From sequence record MT612988.1: a stretch of 64,000 bases of DNA. The stretch is one strand, 5' to 3'. Below, one piece after another: positions 45,389 through 55,477 of the stretch. Each line of letters opens with the position of its first letter. Within the stretch, counting starts at the first letter, position 1. A program made the position numbers and the translations under genes. Below the pieces are notes generated by a model that saw only the letters and a list, made by a program, of their open reading frames with translations, was not told where the DNA came from and did not search any database.

Positions 45389-45716
45389 AATTATTTTCAA
45401 TTTTTTTCTGAATGTTCGGATCTTGCTCTTTATAAAGCTTTATCACTTCAAGCAAATCAAGGTTATATGCTTTGTAAGAGTGCATCCACTTCGCGAAGTC
45501 AAGCCACTGGTCATACTCAAATCCCACATATGCCTTTTGTTTCTCGATAGTGTCAGTAGTAATGACCAATATCTTCACACCTGGATTTTGTGGTGGGGTT
45601 GGTAGACTAGGGTGAGCAAATTCATTCTTTGGCGGCTCTGGTACAGGTTCTTTTGATGTACTACCACAACCCATCAACAGAGCAGCTAGAAATATAGCTA
45701 TAATTTTATTGAGCAT
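45387..45716 (-). CDS. Outer-membrane spanin (o-spanin, PseT.2-like)
   Basis: Lipobox LLMGC and Pro-rich segment; overlaps the i-spanin end; syntenic with T4 pseT.2. Confidence 0.78.
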   Translation of the reverse strand: MLNKIIAIFLAALLMGCGSTSKEPVPEPPKNEFAHPSLPTPPQNPGVKILVITTDTIEKQKAYVGFEYDQWLDFAKWMHSYKAYNLDLLEVIKLYKEQDPNIQKKIENN

Positions 45717-46089
45717 TGCGCACCTCGTCGAAGAATTTATCAAGAGCTTTTTGCTCTTTTATTTGAACTAGACCAGGTTTTTGAAATACGATATCTTGAC
45801 GTGATTTGTATGTGTCAATAGTCGCGGTTAACTTGTCCAATTCTGTTTGAAGAGTTTTGCGATATTGTTCCTGTTCACGGTAAACACTTCGCCATTGATC
45901 TATGGTTAAGTTTTTGTTCTTGATAGTTGTTTGCAAACGCTCATTATCACCCGTTAGTCGCTCAACTTCAGCAGTTTGAGTAACTAAATCTTTCTCAAGA
46001 CTTACATTCTCATACTTCAAGTAACCAATAGAACCAATGAAAACAGCAGCAACCGCCAAGAGCACGTAAATTTTATATTGTGAAAACAC
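45706..46089 (-). CDS. Inner-membrane spanin (i-spanin, PseT.3-like)
   Basis: N-terminal TM plus coiled coil; TAAATA late promoter at 46123-46128. Confidence 0.78.
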   Translation of the reverse strand: MFSQYKIYVLLAVAAVFIGSIGYLKYENVSLEKDLVTQTAEVERLTGDNERLQTTIKNKNLTIDQWRSVYREQEQYRKTLQTELDKLTATIDTYKSRQDIVFQKPGLVQIKEQKALDKFFDEVRNAQ

Positions 46090-46131
46090 GATAGGTACTC
46101 CCGTATTAGTTGTATACGAGAGTATTTATTA

Positions 46132-46401
46132 TTAAGAATAGAAGACTGGAGCGAACGTCTGTGTGAAGGGATTTAGATAAAACGTAGATACGACACCATT
46201 CTTGTCTGATATTTGAACGTCAAGACCTTGAATAGTATCTGTTTTTGATGGGCCCACGTAGACGATTTTACCGCCTCGATTTTTTGGGTCTTCTTCGAGT
46301 TTCTTCTGCAACGCAGGTAAAAACTCTTCTTGTAACTTTTTAATGAATACATTCGGGTCACCGACTTGCATCGGCTCCCCGTCTTGAAATACAAAATGCA
46401 T
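46132..46401 (-). CDS. Hypothetical protein at the position of T4 alc
   Basis: Between rnlA and the i-spanin; no Alc sequence similarity recognised. Confidence 0.6.
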   Translation of the reverse strand: MHFVFQDGEPMQVGDPNVFIKKLQEEFLPALQKKLEEDPKNRGGKIVYVGPSKTDTIQGLDVQISDKNGVVSTFYLNPFTQTFAPVFYS

Positions 46402-47547
46402 TTACACCCCGTTTAGATATTTCTCTGGGATTGCTAGTTCTGGTCGCTTCAGATATGCAGTAACTAAAGATTCATAGACACCTTCGACTGTCTGCTTCTG
46501 ATACGCGATCATAGCTACCCCGAATTCCCATGGTTTTAATACTTTCTGACCTGCAATTGCATAGTCTTTACGCGCTAGATGACGATTACGAGCATAGAAC
46601 TGACGAACTGCATTGAATGAATTCGTAAGAGTCTTCGTCACGTGAGAATCAAATTCACGAATACGCTCAATCGTCGGTTTGTCATCTGCGAATAGCGCAT
46701 AGAGATCATCGTGATTGCCGTTCAAGATAGTTGTTACCAACTTCTTCGGAACATTCACTGAGTCTTTTTGCGAGTGTAAATCAACATACCATTGAGTTTT
46801 GATTTTCACAGATTGACCGTTTGCAAGACGCAAGATCATGCCTTCAATACCTTTCGTATCTCGCAATTTCTCAACGAAATCTGGTTCATGTGCAGTCGCT
46901 GGGTCGTACTCGTCAACAAGCCACTGTTTAACACGCATCAACGCAGATTGTGGAATGTCGTCGAAACTTACATAATCACCTGTTTCGTTGTCACGAATAT
47001 TCAAGATAACCAGTTTAGCTTCTGGGTACTCAAGAACGATGCGGTTGTTAGGCGCACACCATTCCATGTTGACAGTCAAACCCGCTTGAGTACAATCGTC
47101 ACAGAATTCCCACAAGTCACGATTCTCTGGTTTTTTGATGTAGCGATTAGCCGCAACAGCTTGCTCCGAAAAGATGCTTGTTTTTGACTTCAGCGCGAAG
47201 TTCTCACCTGACAAATACGTGCTAATCAATGAACCATCAGCTTTGTCCATTAGTTGTACAGTGGTCGTCAAGTCAAGTTCCATCGTAAAGGGATTCTCGT
47301 TTAGATTGAAGAATTTCTCCATCGGACGAGATACGATACGAATCATTTCATCATTGTCATCTAATTGAAACATGATACCACGCGCTTCAAGAGCACCCGG
47401 CAAAAGCCAATCAGAATATGAAGCAATATGATAGCTAAACACGCGAAACTTTTCACCAAGCGGTGAAAGATGATCAGCAAAGAAGAACTTGCCTTCAGCG
47501 TCATCAGCTAGAGACATCAAATTTTTGTATAATTCTTGTACGTTCAT
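46402..47547 (-). CDS. rnlA: RNA ligase 1 / tail fibre attachment catalyst
   Basis: EARGIMF, PMEKFFN, KADGSLI, EGMIL, KIKTQWY. Confidence 0.93.
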   Translation of the reverse strand: MNVQELYKNLMSLADDAEGKFFFADHLSPLGEKFRVFSYHIASYSDWLLPGALEARGIMFQLDDNDEMIRIVSRPMEKFFNLNENPFTMELDLTTTVQLMDKADGSLISTYLSGENFALKSKTSIFSEQAVAANRYIKKPENRDLWEFCDDCTQAGLTVNMEWCAPNNRIVLEYPEAKLVILNIRDNETGDYVSFDDIPQSALMRVKQWLVDEYDPATAHEPDFVEKLRDTKGIEGMILRLANGQSVKIKTQWYVDLHSQKDSVNVPKKLVTTILNGNHDDLYALFADDKPTIERIREFDSHVTKTLTNSFNAVRQFYARNRHLARKDYAIAGQKVLKPWEFGVAMIAYQKQTVEGVYESLVTAYLKRPELAIPEKYLNGV

Positions 47548-47610
47548 GTTATTTTCCTCTCAAAATAGTCTTTTAACAGTGTACATGAGTTCATGCACAC
47601 TGTCAACAAC

Positions 47611-47913
47611 TTATTTCAAGATTTCTGTGATGATTTCTTTAACCTTTGATAGGTTAAGTTCGACTCGGGGCGGAATGACGATGCCATGAATCGACGGCTC
47701 TTCGTTTTTAAACGTCAACGATAATACATTATTATCATGATCAACATACCAAGATGAAATATCGAGTTGAATGTCACGCTCGTATTTGACGTATCTTATT
47801 TCATCAATACCAAGTTCACGGGCAAAATCAGTGCGCATTTCTGCGCTACTGATTTCAATTTTATCTACATTAGCCAAAGAAGCTCTCCAATGTGATGGTT
47901 TTCTTGTAGTCAA
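47611..47913 (-). CDS. Hypothetical protein
   Basis: Overlaps the gene 43 end; start uncertain. Confidence 0.45.
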   Translation of the reverse strand: MTTRKPSHWRASLANVDKIEISSAEMRTDFARELGIDEIRYVKYERDIQLDISSWYVDHDNNVLSLTFKNEEPSIHGIVIPPRVELNLSKVKEIITEILK

Positions 47914-50422
47914 ACTTGATTGCTTCAGAAATCGCAGTCAATGGTTTGATGAACTTATCTTCGTACAAACGATTGTAATCTACGTGGTCAATCAAGTATG
48001 AGATTGGTTCAGGTAGTTTACCACCAGATGGGTAAGCAATACGGTCAATGCCGTGTTTGTTTCGAGTCAAGAACACAACAGCGATTTTATCACCTTCGTT
48101 GATCTTGTCGAACCCATGTTGTGCAGCTAGTTTGTTGTAGTACAACGCACCTTTTACATGACCTGGACAACCTTTACCTGGGTTACCTTGCTCGTCAGAG
48201 TATTTGTTCATGTTGTTCGCGCTAGACACAAACGACACTTCTTGATACGGAGCTACTTTGAACTCTTTCTCATACTCTTTAACGAATTCTTGAAGCTTCT
48301 CTTCGCCTTCTTGCAGAATCAAACGAATTGCTTCTTTAAGACCTTTTTGGCAAAGTGGTGGTGTTGAACTACGTTGAGTTTCAATACCCATGATTTTCAG
48401 CTTCGGTTTACGAATGCCTTCGTTATCTTGTACGTCAAGCGCGTAACGCTTTTTCGCGATAAAGAAGCCAGTACGTGCTAGAACTTCTCGGTCCATGAAC
48501 ATTTGACGCTCATACGTGTTCATGTACTTGTGCAGTGCTTCGTATGACGGGTTGATAACTTTCGTTTCAACTGTTTCACAGACTTTAGAGAATTTATCTG
48601 TGTATTCATCACCTTCAAGTTTGTTAACGCCAGTAAGTTCAAGAAGCGGATCAAAGTTAACGTAGATTGAGTCGGTATCACCGTAAATCACGTAGTCTTT
48701 GTCAGTTGTCTTACAAACTTTGTTCAACCAGATGTTAACGTCACGCGCTACCCATTTGATTGCAAGCTGACCGTATGCTGTTACAGCTTCTGCATTACGT
48801 AGATCGTAGAAGCGGAAGTATTCGTTACCTAACGCACCATAGAGTGAGTTGATCAAGATCTTACGAGCCATTTGCTGTACGTCGTAGATCTTCGCTTCAT
48901 GTTTCGCGTGCTCGTATGCTTCACGAAGTTCAGGTGTTTCACCTTCTTCGTCCATCTTTTTCTTGATGTCGATTGCTTGCTGTTCGTATTCGAACGCTTT
49001 CTTCTTATTAGCTTTACGCTGGAAGAAGACTTTCTCAATCTCAATCGGGATTACACCACGCACGTCTTTGCGATATTGCATACCGTTCGCGCTGTTTGAA
49101 ATGTCATCAGCAGGGAACGTAATAGCCATGTCAACAATCTTGTCGATACGATCTTCAAGTGTACCTTCATAGTCAAGCTGACCAACGATTGTTTCTGGTG
49201 AAATGTTACACTCACGAATAATCGACGGGTACAGTGATGTTAAGTCGAAAGAGCCAATGCCACGATGATAACCCACTTGTGGTGCTTTTACAAACGCGCC
49301 CATGAATCGACCACCTTCGTGGGATGTCATCATAGGTACTACTTTCTTCTCAGCTTTCAAACTGTTGAAGATGATTGCATCCCACGGTTTAATCGTACCA
49401 AGTACTGTCTGATAGTTGATACCAGCATAGTACGCTAGAGAAACAGTCAAAAGCATCAACTGAAGTTTCTCATCAAGTCGTTTAACCAAGTTAACGTCTT
49501 GAATCTGATAGTCAATGAAGTTCTGATAATCTTGCTCATAGAACTCTAAGTAGTTCGCTTGTGTAAACTCAACTTTTTTCTCATCAAGTTCAACTTCACC
49601 GATGTAATCAAGACGATAAGATGGTCGAGTCACGTAAGTGAATTTCTTGTAAAGCTGAAGATAATCGAGTTCAGATACGCCGACGATATTCACTTTACAA
49701 ATTTCTTGCCCGTAATCGTTAGTCATCGTCGAAATGTGAACTTTACCCCACGGTGACAAGCTATTCATCACCTTCTCACCAAACAGATTTTTGTATCGAT
49801 TGACAATGTATGGCATATCGAACGATTCAATGTTCCAACCTGTTACGATTGCTGGGGTCTTTTCGCGCCAGAATTGCAGATACTTAACAAGTAACTCTTT
49901 TTCAGTTGCACAGCGAATATACACTGTTTTTTCTAGAAGTTCTGGCTTAACGATGCTGCTTTCACGCGACCATTCTTCATTTGATGGAATACCGTAAACG
50001 TAGAATTTATCGTCGATGTTGTCATAGTGACCGATTGAAGTAATAGGCACTGGAGCGTGCGCTGCTTCAGGGAACTCAACAGACGGGGTTTCGATATCGA
50101 TATTTGCAATTCGAATACGATTGATGTCGAAGTTACGTTCTTTGTAAGTATCAGAGATATAAGTTACAACGAAGTCGTCCATACCGAGTACTTCATGATG
50201 CTGCTTAGTGTCTTTGATGTACTTACTAGCTTCGCCCATTGTGTCAAACATCTTTGGGCGACAGTTGCGACCGTAGATGTCGTTGTAACCAGTTTCTTCG
50301 TTACAGTGAATGAACAGAGTCGGTTCATATTTGACTTTGCGCATATGCTCAAACCCGTCATCATCTAAATAACGTTCACAAAGATTAGAGCCGATTCGTT
50401 CAATTGATGTATAGATTGCCAT
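47870..50422 (-). CDS. 43: Family B DNA polymerase gp43
   Basis: ExoI DIET, FDMPY, YQIQDV; [30 protein letters not shown]. Confidence 0.97.
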   Translation of the reverse strand: MAIYTSIERIGSNLCERYLDDDGFEHMRKVKYEPTLFIHCNEETGYNDIYGRNCRPKMFDTMGEASKYIKDTKQHHEVLGMDDFVVTYISDTYKERNFDINRIRIANIDIETPSVEFPEAAHAPVPITSIGHYDNIDDKFYVYGIPSNEEWSRESSIVKPELLEKTVYIRCATEKELLVKYLQFWREKTPAIVTGWNIESFDMPYIVNRYKNLFGEKVMNSLSPWGKVHISTMTNDYGQEICKVNIVGVSELDYLQLYKKFTYVTRPSYRLDYIGEVELDEKKVEFTQANYLEFYEQDYQNFIDYQIQDVNLVKRLDEKLQLMLLTVSLAYYAGINYQTVLGTIKPWDAIIFNSLKAEKKVVPMMTSHEGGRFMGAFVKAPQVGYHRGIGSFDLTSLYPSIIRECNISPETIVGQLDYEGTLEDRIDKIVDMAITFPADDISNSANGMQYRKDVRGVIPIEIEKVFFQRKANKKKAFEYEQQAIDIKKKMDEEGETPELREAYEHAKHEAKIYDVQQMARKILINSLYGALGNEYFRFYDLRNAEAVTAYGQLAIKWVARDVNIWLNKVCKTTDKDYVIYGDTDSIYVNFDPLLELTGVNKLEGDEYTDKFSKVCETVETKVINPSYEALHKYMNTYERQMFMDREVLARTGFFIAKKRYALDVQDNEGIRKPKLKIMGIETQRSSTPPLCQKGLKEAIRLILQEGEEKLQEFVKEYEKEFKVAPYQEVSFVSSANNMNKYSDEQGNPGKGCPGHVKGALYYNKLAAQHGFDKINEGDKIAVVFLTRNKHGIDRIAYPSGGKLPEPISYLIDHVDYNRLYEDKFIKPLTAISEAIKFDYKKTITLESFFG

Positions 50423-50482
50423 GATATTCCTTCACAAGTTGTTACGTGTTGCTATGCTATCAGAGAAAAATGAAGTTCTAAA

Positions 50483-51001
50483 CTACCATTTCCCTAAAAA
50501 GTGTTGTTCTTCGATAAGCCAAGCCTTGAACTCGCCTTTCGGGTTCTTATATTCGCGAAACGCATCGATTTTCATATCAATCGGGTTGTCTTTTGAAAAA
50601 TAAGCCGAGCGTGTTTCTTCGTCGCCAAACACATAGAATATACCATCGAATCCCATGTGGCGAACTGCGTCGCGATACTCTTTAACTTTGTATGAGTCGA
50701 TTACGCCATATAGTTTACCATCTGAGTGGCGATAAAAGCGTTTCTTGCACTTGATTTCAACACAGAATTGCTTGCCTTTTGTGAAAACAAACACGTCTGG
50801 TAGCATGAAGCTTGCGGATGTGTCTTGACAGAACATTAAACGCTGACCACGATTATGTTTCTGATCTGTTTTTGATGTAGCTGTATTGATTAGCATTGCT
50901 AGCGGGTCTGCATGACAGAACACACGTGCTATCTTAGGCTCAACGGCAGCTTCGAATTCGCCACCGAATTGTAGTAGTTCTTGAAAACGTTCATCGTTCA
51001 T
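50483..51001 (-). CDS. PD-(D/E)XK nuclease-like protein
   Basis: LPDVFV...VEIKCK motif. Confidence 0.55.
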   Translation of the reverse strand: MNDERFQELLQFGGEFEAAVEPKIARVFCHADPLAMLINTATSKTDQKHNRGQRLMFCQDTSASFMLPDVFVFTKGKQFCVEIKCKKRFYRHSDGKLYGVIDSYKVKEYRDAVRHMGFDGIFYVFGDEETRSAYFSKDNPIDMKIDAFREYKNPKGEFKAWLIEEQHFLGKW

Positions 51002-51060
51002 ATTGTATTCCTCAAAATTAAGAGGCTTGCACCTCTTAATTTTATTAGCAAGTTGAATAC

Positions 51061-51498
51061 CTACTTAACGTATCCCCACTCAAGGAAATATCCCTCAGTG
51101 AAGAGTTGTTTAGCAAGTACAACTTGACTGATCACATGATAACGCTCATCGTCGTTTGAAATTTCACTTGAATAGTCGCGAGACTCTTGATGCGATTTTG
51201 CATAATTCTCGACAATCGTAACCCAATCGCCTGAGTTGATTACGCTGACGTGCTCGGGACATGCGCGATAGATTTTAACTTTCGCATTCGGGTTTCCGTG
51301 ACAGCGTTTGATGATTTGATACGCCTCGCGCTCATCGCGATCATTGTGATTGCCGTACCATCGTAGACCGTTCGCTTCGTATACATCTTCAGGGAATGTT
51401 CCCGTCAATGAGATATCGTACAGAGGGCTGTCATCAGGAGGTGACGGCGCTCGGTGTTGCATGTGATATTCGCTCAAAAATTCAGTGTAAGTTTTCAT
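51061..51498 (-). CDS. Putative internal virion protein, possible ADP-ribosyltransferase fold
   Basis: MKTYTEFLSE (close to T4 MKTYQEFIAE); IYRA...GDWVT...YA...EWGY. Confidence 0.6.
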   Translation of the reverse strand: MKTYTEFLSEYHMQHRAPSPPDDSPLYDISLTGTFPEDVYEANGLRWYGNHNDRDEREAYQIIKRCHGNPNAKVKIYRACPEHVSVINSGDWVTIVENYAKSHQESRDYSSEISNDDERYHVISQVVLAKQLFTEGYFLEWGYVK

Positions 51499-51881
51499 TA
51501 TGCACCTATCTTATACTTGTATCGTAGATTCCAGTTTTTAGAATCGCGGAACGAGATCACGCGAAACTTATTATCGCCAGTAAATTCGTGCGACTCAGGG
51601 TGCGCGATTTTACATAGATTCCAGTCTTCAAGTAACTTGGCAATGTTATTACGACGTTCAATATCTTCGTCAGTAATTTCTACACATCGACCGTCAAGTG
51701 CTAGAAGCTCTTTAAAGTGAACTAGAAAATACACGCCACGTTTCTGAAGAATATGGCACGATTGATATAGAGTATTTGTTTTGTTATTGGCGATGCCAAT
51801 TCGCGTTAAAGTCTCGCGAATTTTTAGAAATGCATCGTCGTCTGGTAATTGAATTTCAAGTTTGTTAATGTAATCTGCCAT
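51498..51881 (-). CDS. regA: RegA translational repressor
   Basis: FLKIRETLTRIGIAN, LYQSCHILQKRG.Y..VHFKELL.LDG. Confidence 0.95.
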   Translation of the reverse strand: MADYINKLEIQLPDDDAFLKIRETLTRIGIANNKTNTLYQSCHILQKRGVYFLVHFKELLALDGRCVEITDEDIERRNNIAKLLEDWNLCKIAHPESHEFTGDNKFRVISFRDSKNWNLRYKYKIGA

Positions 51882-51912
51882 TGCAGCCTCGTAATCATTA
51901 TGTATGTCTCAC

Positions 51913-51924
51913 TATTTATAAATA
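51913..51924. promoter_or_regulatory. Palindromic back-to-back late promoters TATTTATAAATA
   Basis: TATAAATA on plus (51917-51924) and on minus (51913-51920), between divergent regA and the GIY-YIG gene. Confidence 0.7.
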
Positions 51925-51947
51925 TCAGAAAATAAAGAGAATTTATT

Positions 51948-52532
51948 ATGTTTCATATCGTATATAAAATAATAAACAACATAAACAATAAAGTTTATAT
52001 TGGTAAACACTCAACGAATAACATCGACGACGGTTACATGGGTTCTGGAAAGATTATATTTCGCTCAATTGATAAATACGGTGTTTATAATTTCACAAAG
52101 ATAATTTTAAAAACGTTCGACTGCGAAGAAGACGCATATGAATACGAATCTCTGATAGTGAACGAAAAATTTGTAAGTAGTAAAAACACCTATAATCTCA
52201 AAATAGGCGGCGAAGGCGGTAGTGTAAAGGGAACTAAACGTTCCGAAACAACTCGCCGAAATATTTCAGACTCTCTTAAAGGCAAGCCCAAGAGCAATGA
52301 ACATAAACAAAAGCTCAGTGATGCTAAAGTAGGGAAGCCTAGTAATCGTAAGGGTGTACCGTCTACATTCAAAGGAATTGAGAGAACACGCGATGTAAAG
52401 AAAAAGATTAGTGACAGTTGGGATGAGAGACCAATTTCAGTTTGTATTCATTGCGGCAAATCTTCAAAGAATGCCGCAACTATCAAACGTTGGCACAATG
52501 ACAACTGCAAACATAAACCCGATTCTGTTTAG
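51948..52532 (+). mobile_element. Free-standing GIY-YIG homing endonuclease (Seg-like) with NUMOD3 repeats
   Basis: IVYKIIN..NNKVYIGKH, YMGSG, YNLKIGG; NUMOD3-like SETTRRNIS and SNEHKQKLS; inserted between 62 and regA on the opposite strand. Confidence 0.88.
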
Positions 52533-53023
52533 CGTGTTAAGCCCCCCGTTCGTGAGTCGTACCATTCTTGTAATTGATTCAACTCTTCGGGCGTTAGACG
52601 ATTTGAAATACTAATTGCATGTGATTTATTGACGTTGTATACATCAACAATTAGATCAACATAGTCATATTTCGGTTCTTTTGCCCATGAATTGAATCGC
52701 TTACCTTTACGAACTGCATGATACAAATAATCATATTGCATTTCATTCGGTAACTTACTACCAACCGAATCCATGATATACGCATGAAGAACTGTATCGA
52801 TGCCGTTGCTCAATGCGCGATTCACCATAAATGGTAGATATTGCTCATCAACAACAGCATCTGGTAAACGTTTCTTCATGTAGATACTGTCAACGAAATC
52901 AAACGGTGAATATTTCTCTGCTTTCTTCGCTTTCTTCAGCTCTTCTTCGTATTCTTTTTCTTCTTCAGCGATTCTCGCTTCAGTTTCTTCGCCTTTCGCT
53001 AGGAATTCAAAGATGTCCATCAA
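52529..53023 (-). CDS. 62: Clamp loader small subunit gp62
   Basis: YLPFMVNRALS, QYDYLYHAVRKGKRF..WAK; follows gene 44. Confidence 0.88.
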   Translation of the reverse strand: MMDIFEFLAKGEETEARIAEEEKEYEEELKKAKKAEKYSPFDFVDSIYMKKRLPDAVVDEQYLPFMVNRALSNGIDTVLHAYIMDSVGSKLPNEMQYDYLYHAVRKGKRFNSWAKEPKYDYVDLIVDVYNVNKSHAISISNRLTPEELNQLQEWYDSRTGGLTR

Positions 53024-53029
53024 ACCCCC

Positions 53030-53980
53030 TTATACGAAAGTACACTCAAGCATGATTTGAACAAGCGTGTACGCTAGTAGAATTTCAGTATCGACACAAG
53101 TTGTAGCGTTGTTGTTTGCTTCGCCTACAATTTGAATGAATGTCGGGATGCTATTACCGTCTAAGTCAGTATATGCCGCTTTGTAAAGATTATGTAGAAA
53201 CGACGCAAGATCTCCAGAGTATTTCGGAATTAGACCGCGAATCGTTTTGAAGTCTTTCGATTTCAAAGCCGCAATCATTTCAGAAATATCATCGTTTGCC
53301 GTGATCTCTGAAAGAATACCTTCGTCGATAACACCTTTACGAGAATAATTCTGCAACGCAACAACAGTTTTACGATTGTCTGGGTAATTGCGTTTTACAA
53401 GCTCTTTCAACACCGCTGCATTAGTCACAGAAATGCCTTCTTGCTTACAAATACTCATCGAACGCAGAATCATTTGCTTGATACACGATAGTCGCTCGTC
53501 TTTGTCGTATACAAACTCGAATGTCTGTAGACGTGAACGAATCGGTGTTAAGATTTTCTGAGAATAGTTACATGTCAGAATAAAGCGAACGTTTTTGCTG
53601 TATTGCTCAATCAAACCACGTAGTGCTTTCTGAGCATCTGGTGTTAAGTTGTCTGCCTCATCAAGAATGATTGCTTTTGGCTTACCAGAGAATGATACAG
53701 TCGAACAGAATGCAGGTAAATCGTTCTGTACAAGCTTGATGCCGCGACTAGATGATGCGTTAATGAAAAGCACTTCATAACCCATATCTGCAAGCACAGC
53801 ACGCGCAACAGTCGTTTTACCAGTACCAGGTGAAGAACTTGCTAACAGCATATTTGGGATTTCACCCGAATCAATCATCGCTTGAAAGTGTTCACGCACG
53901 CGCTCGGGTAATACACAGTCGTTGATTGTTTGTGGACGGTAGCGTTGTTCCCATAGAAGTTCTTTCGGATCAAAATTCAT
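53030..53980 (-). CDS. 44: Clamp loader large subunit gp44
   Basis: WEQRYRP, SPGTGKTT, IILDEAD, PIRSR. Confidence 0.95.
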   Translation of the reverse strand: MNFDPKELLWEQRYRPQTINDCVLPERVREHFQAMIDSGEIPNMLLASSSPGTGKTTVARAVLADMGYEVLFINASSSRGIKLVQNDLPAFCSTVSFSGKPKAIILDEADNLTPDAQKALRGLIEQYSKNVRFILTCNYSQKILTPIRSRLQTFEFVYDKDERLSCIKQMILRSMSICKQEGISVTNAAVLKELVKRNYPDNRKTVVALQNYSRKGVIDEGILSEITANDDISEMIAALKSKDFKTIRGLIPKYSGDLASFLHNLYKAAYTDLDGNSIPTFIQIVGEANNNATTCVDTEILLAYTLVQIMLECTFV

Positions 53981-54046
53981 TTAGTCGTTTCCCATAATAA
54001 AATTTTCAAAAAAGGGGCTTTGCAGCCCCGATAACTTACAAATAAC

Positions 54047-54712
54047 TTAAAGTGCTTCGGTTGCAATGAAGTACTCAAGTGATAGACCCAAGAAGCGAGA
54101 AATACCCGCTGGGTGAATCGAAACTTTGTAGTCTTGGTCAACGATGTTCAAACGCTCTGCTTTGAAGAAGAACTTGAATTCAACGTCTGATTCAACTTCA
54201 CCAACGTTGATTTCAAACGTGTGTTTGCTTGAACCTTGTGCATCAGTAGCTGATAGCGTGATTGCAGTGCTACCCGCTTCAGTTCGAACACAAATGTCAG
54301 AAAGACCTAGTGTCGCAGACGCTTTTTTAACGCGCTGTAGATCTTCACCTTTGAGATCAAACTCAGCACCGCCGTCTAGTTCAGTAGGGAAGTTTACTTT
54401 TTCAGGTGCTTCAGTTACAAACTCAGCGTTTGCATATTGGAACGTAAGCTTCGTACCACCATCACCAGTAACGACAACGTATTTTTCTTGGAAATCAAGT
54501 TCAGCATTGTCAAGCAAGTTCAACGCGCTTAGAAACTCACCCAGATCGTACACTGCAAACTCTACAGGGAACGAATCTTCGATGTCAGCGTAAGCGATTT
54601 GCTTGTTCAAGTTGTCTTGAGTACGTAGTCGAGAACCTTGATGGATAACCATGCCGTTGTTGATGCCTGCAAAGTTTTTCAGTACTTCGATTGTAGATTT
54701 AGATAGTTTCAT
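54047..54712 (-). CDS. 45: Sliding clamp gp45
   Basis: MKLSKSTIEVLKNFAGIN, AVYDLGEFLS. Confidence 0.93.
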   Translation of the reverse strand: MKLSKSTIEVLKNFAGINNGMVIHQGSRLRTQDNLNKQIAYADIEDSFPVEFAVYDLGEFLSALNLLDNAELDFQEKYVVVTGDGGTKLTFQYANAEFVTEAPEKVNFPTELDGGAEFDLKGEDLQRVKKASATLGLSDICVRTEAGSTAITLSATDAQGSSKHTFEINVGEVESDVEFKFFFKAERLNIVDQDYKVSIHPAGISRFLGLSLEYFIATEAL

Positions 54713-54746
54713 TCTTTTACCTTCAAGATTATGATATTTTATTCAA

Positions 54747-55013
54747 TTAAAGTTTAAAGCCACGTTCAGTATATTCAAAGTTATACTCGTAAGCAGTAAA
54801 GTAGTCGTCTAGACCAGATGTGATTTTCAACCAACGCTCTTTACCGAACGCTTCTAGTAGTTGAGCCTCAGGGATGATTTTTTCTTCGCCAGTGAATGCA
54901 TCAATGATAACCCAATGTTTTATCTCTGGCATAGATTGATAATTGTCTAAGTTCATTTGCATTTCCTCAATAGCTGCGCTTATATTAGCACGGCTATTTA
55001 CCGGTCTAAACAC
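54747..55013 (-). CDS. gp45.2-like conserved hypothetical protein
   Basis: Synteny between 46 and 45; FGKERWLKITSG pattern. Confidence 0.55.
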   Translation of the reverse strand: MFRPVNSRANISAAIEEMQMNLDNYQSMPEIKHWVIIDAFTGEEKIIPEAQLLEAFGKERWLKITSGLDDYFTAYEYNFEYTERGFKL

Positions 55014-55477
55014 TATTGAATGAAGAAAAACGCAGTTTTCTTGTTAAACTCACGATGCAAAATATGCATCAATTCATCTACTTTCGTAGATACACCGCGA
55101 ATGCGTTGTTCAGCAAACGAATATGTGTCAAACAAGATGATGTCTGGCATATTTGCATTGCCACGACCTACGAATGCGTTGTGATAAACCCCATCACGAA
55201 CGATCTTGTCATAAGTCGTTGCCATGTCATGATTACAACCACGGCGATTCATCGAACGATTTAATTCGTTGTAATAGACTTCAAGCACATTGAAACCTTC
55301 GCGTCGTAGACGCTCTGCGGCTTTTACCATCGAAGTTGTATGACCAGTCGCACGACCGAGCATAAAGCGCCCGATCTTCGTTTCTGGACATTCTGTGTGT
55401 GTGTCGTTAAGTAAAAGATACTTACACATCGTGTAAATATCTTCACTGTAATCGACCGTCATCGGTACGAGTTTCAT
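55013..55477 (-). CDS. Hypothetical protein (degenerate P-loop-like)
   Basis: GRATGHTT and IILFD segments. Confidence 0.5.
   Translation of the reverse strand: MKLVPMTVDYSEDIYTMCKYLLLNDTHTECPETKIGRFMLGRATGHTTSMVKAAERLRREGFNVLEVYYNELNRSMNRRGCNHDMATTYDKIVRDGVYHNAFVGRGNANMPDIILFDTYSFAEQRIRGVSTKVDELMHILHREFNKKTAFFFIQ

Noticed and set aside
47870-50422. Intron, intein or split in gene 43
   Set aside because: Continuous 850-aa frame with all motifs in order and no insertion-sized extension.
50423-50460. Gene 43 translational operator hairpin
   Set aside because: The SD context AAGGAATATC-ATG resembles T4, but the only stem found (CACG/TGTG with an 8-nt loop) is too weak to call.
55013-55477. RpbA assignment by synteny
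   Set aside because: No recognisable similarity to T4 RpbA; left as hypothetical.
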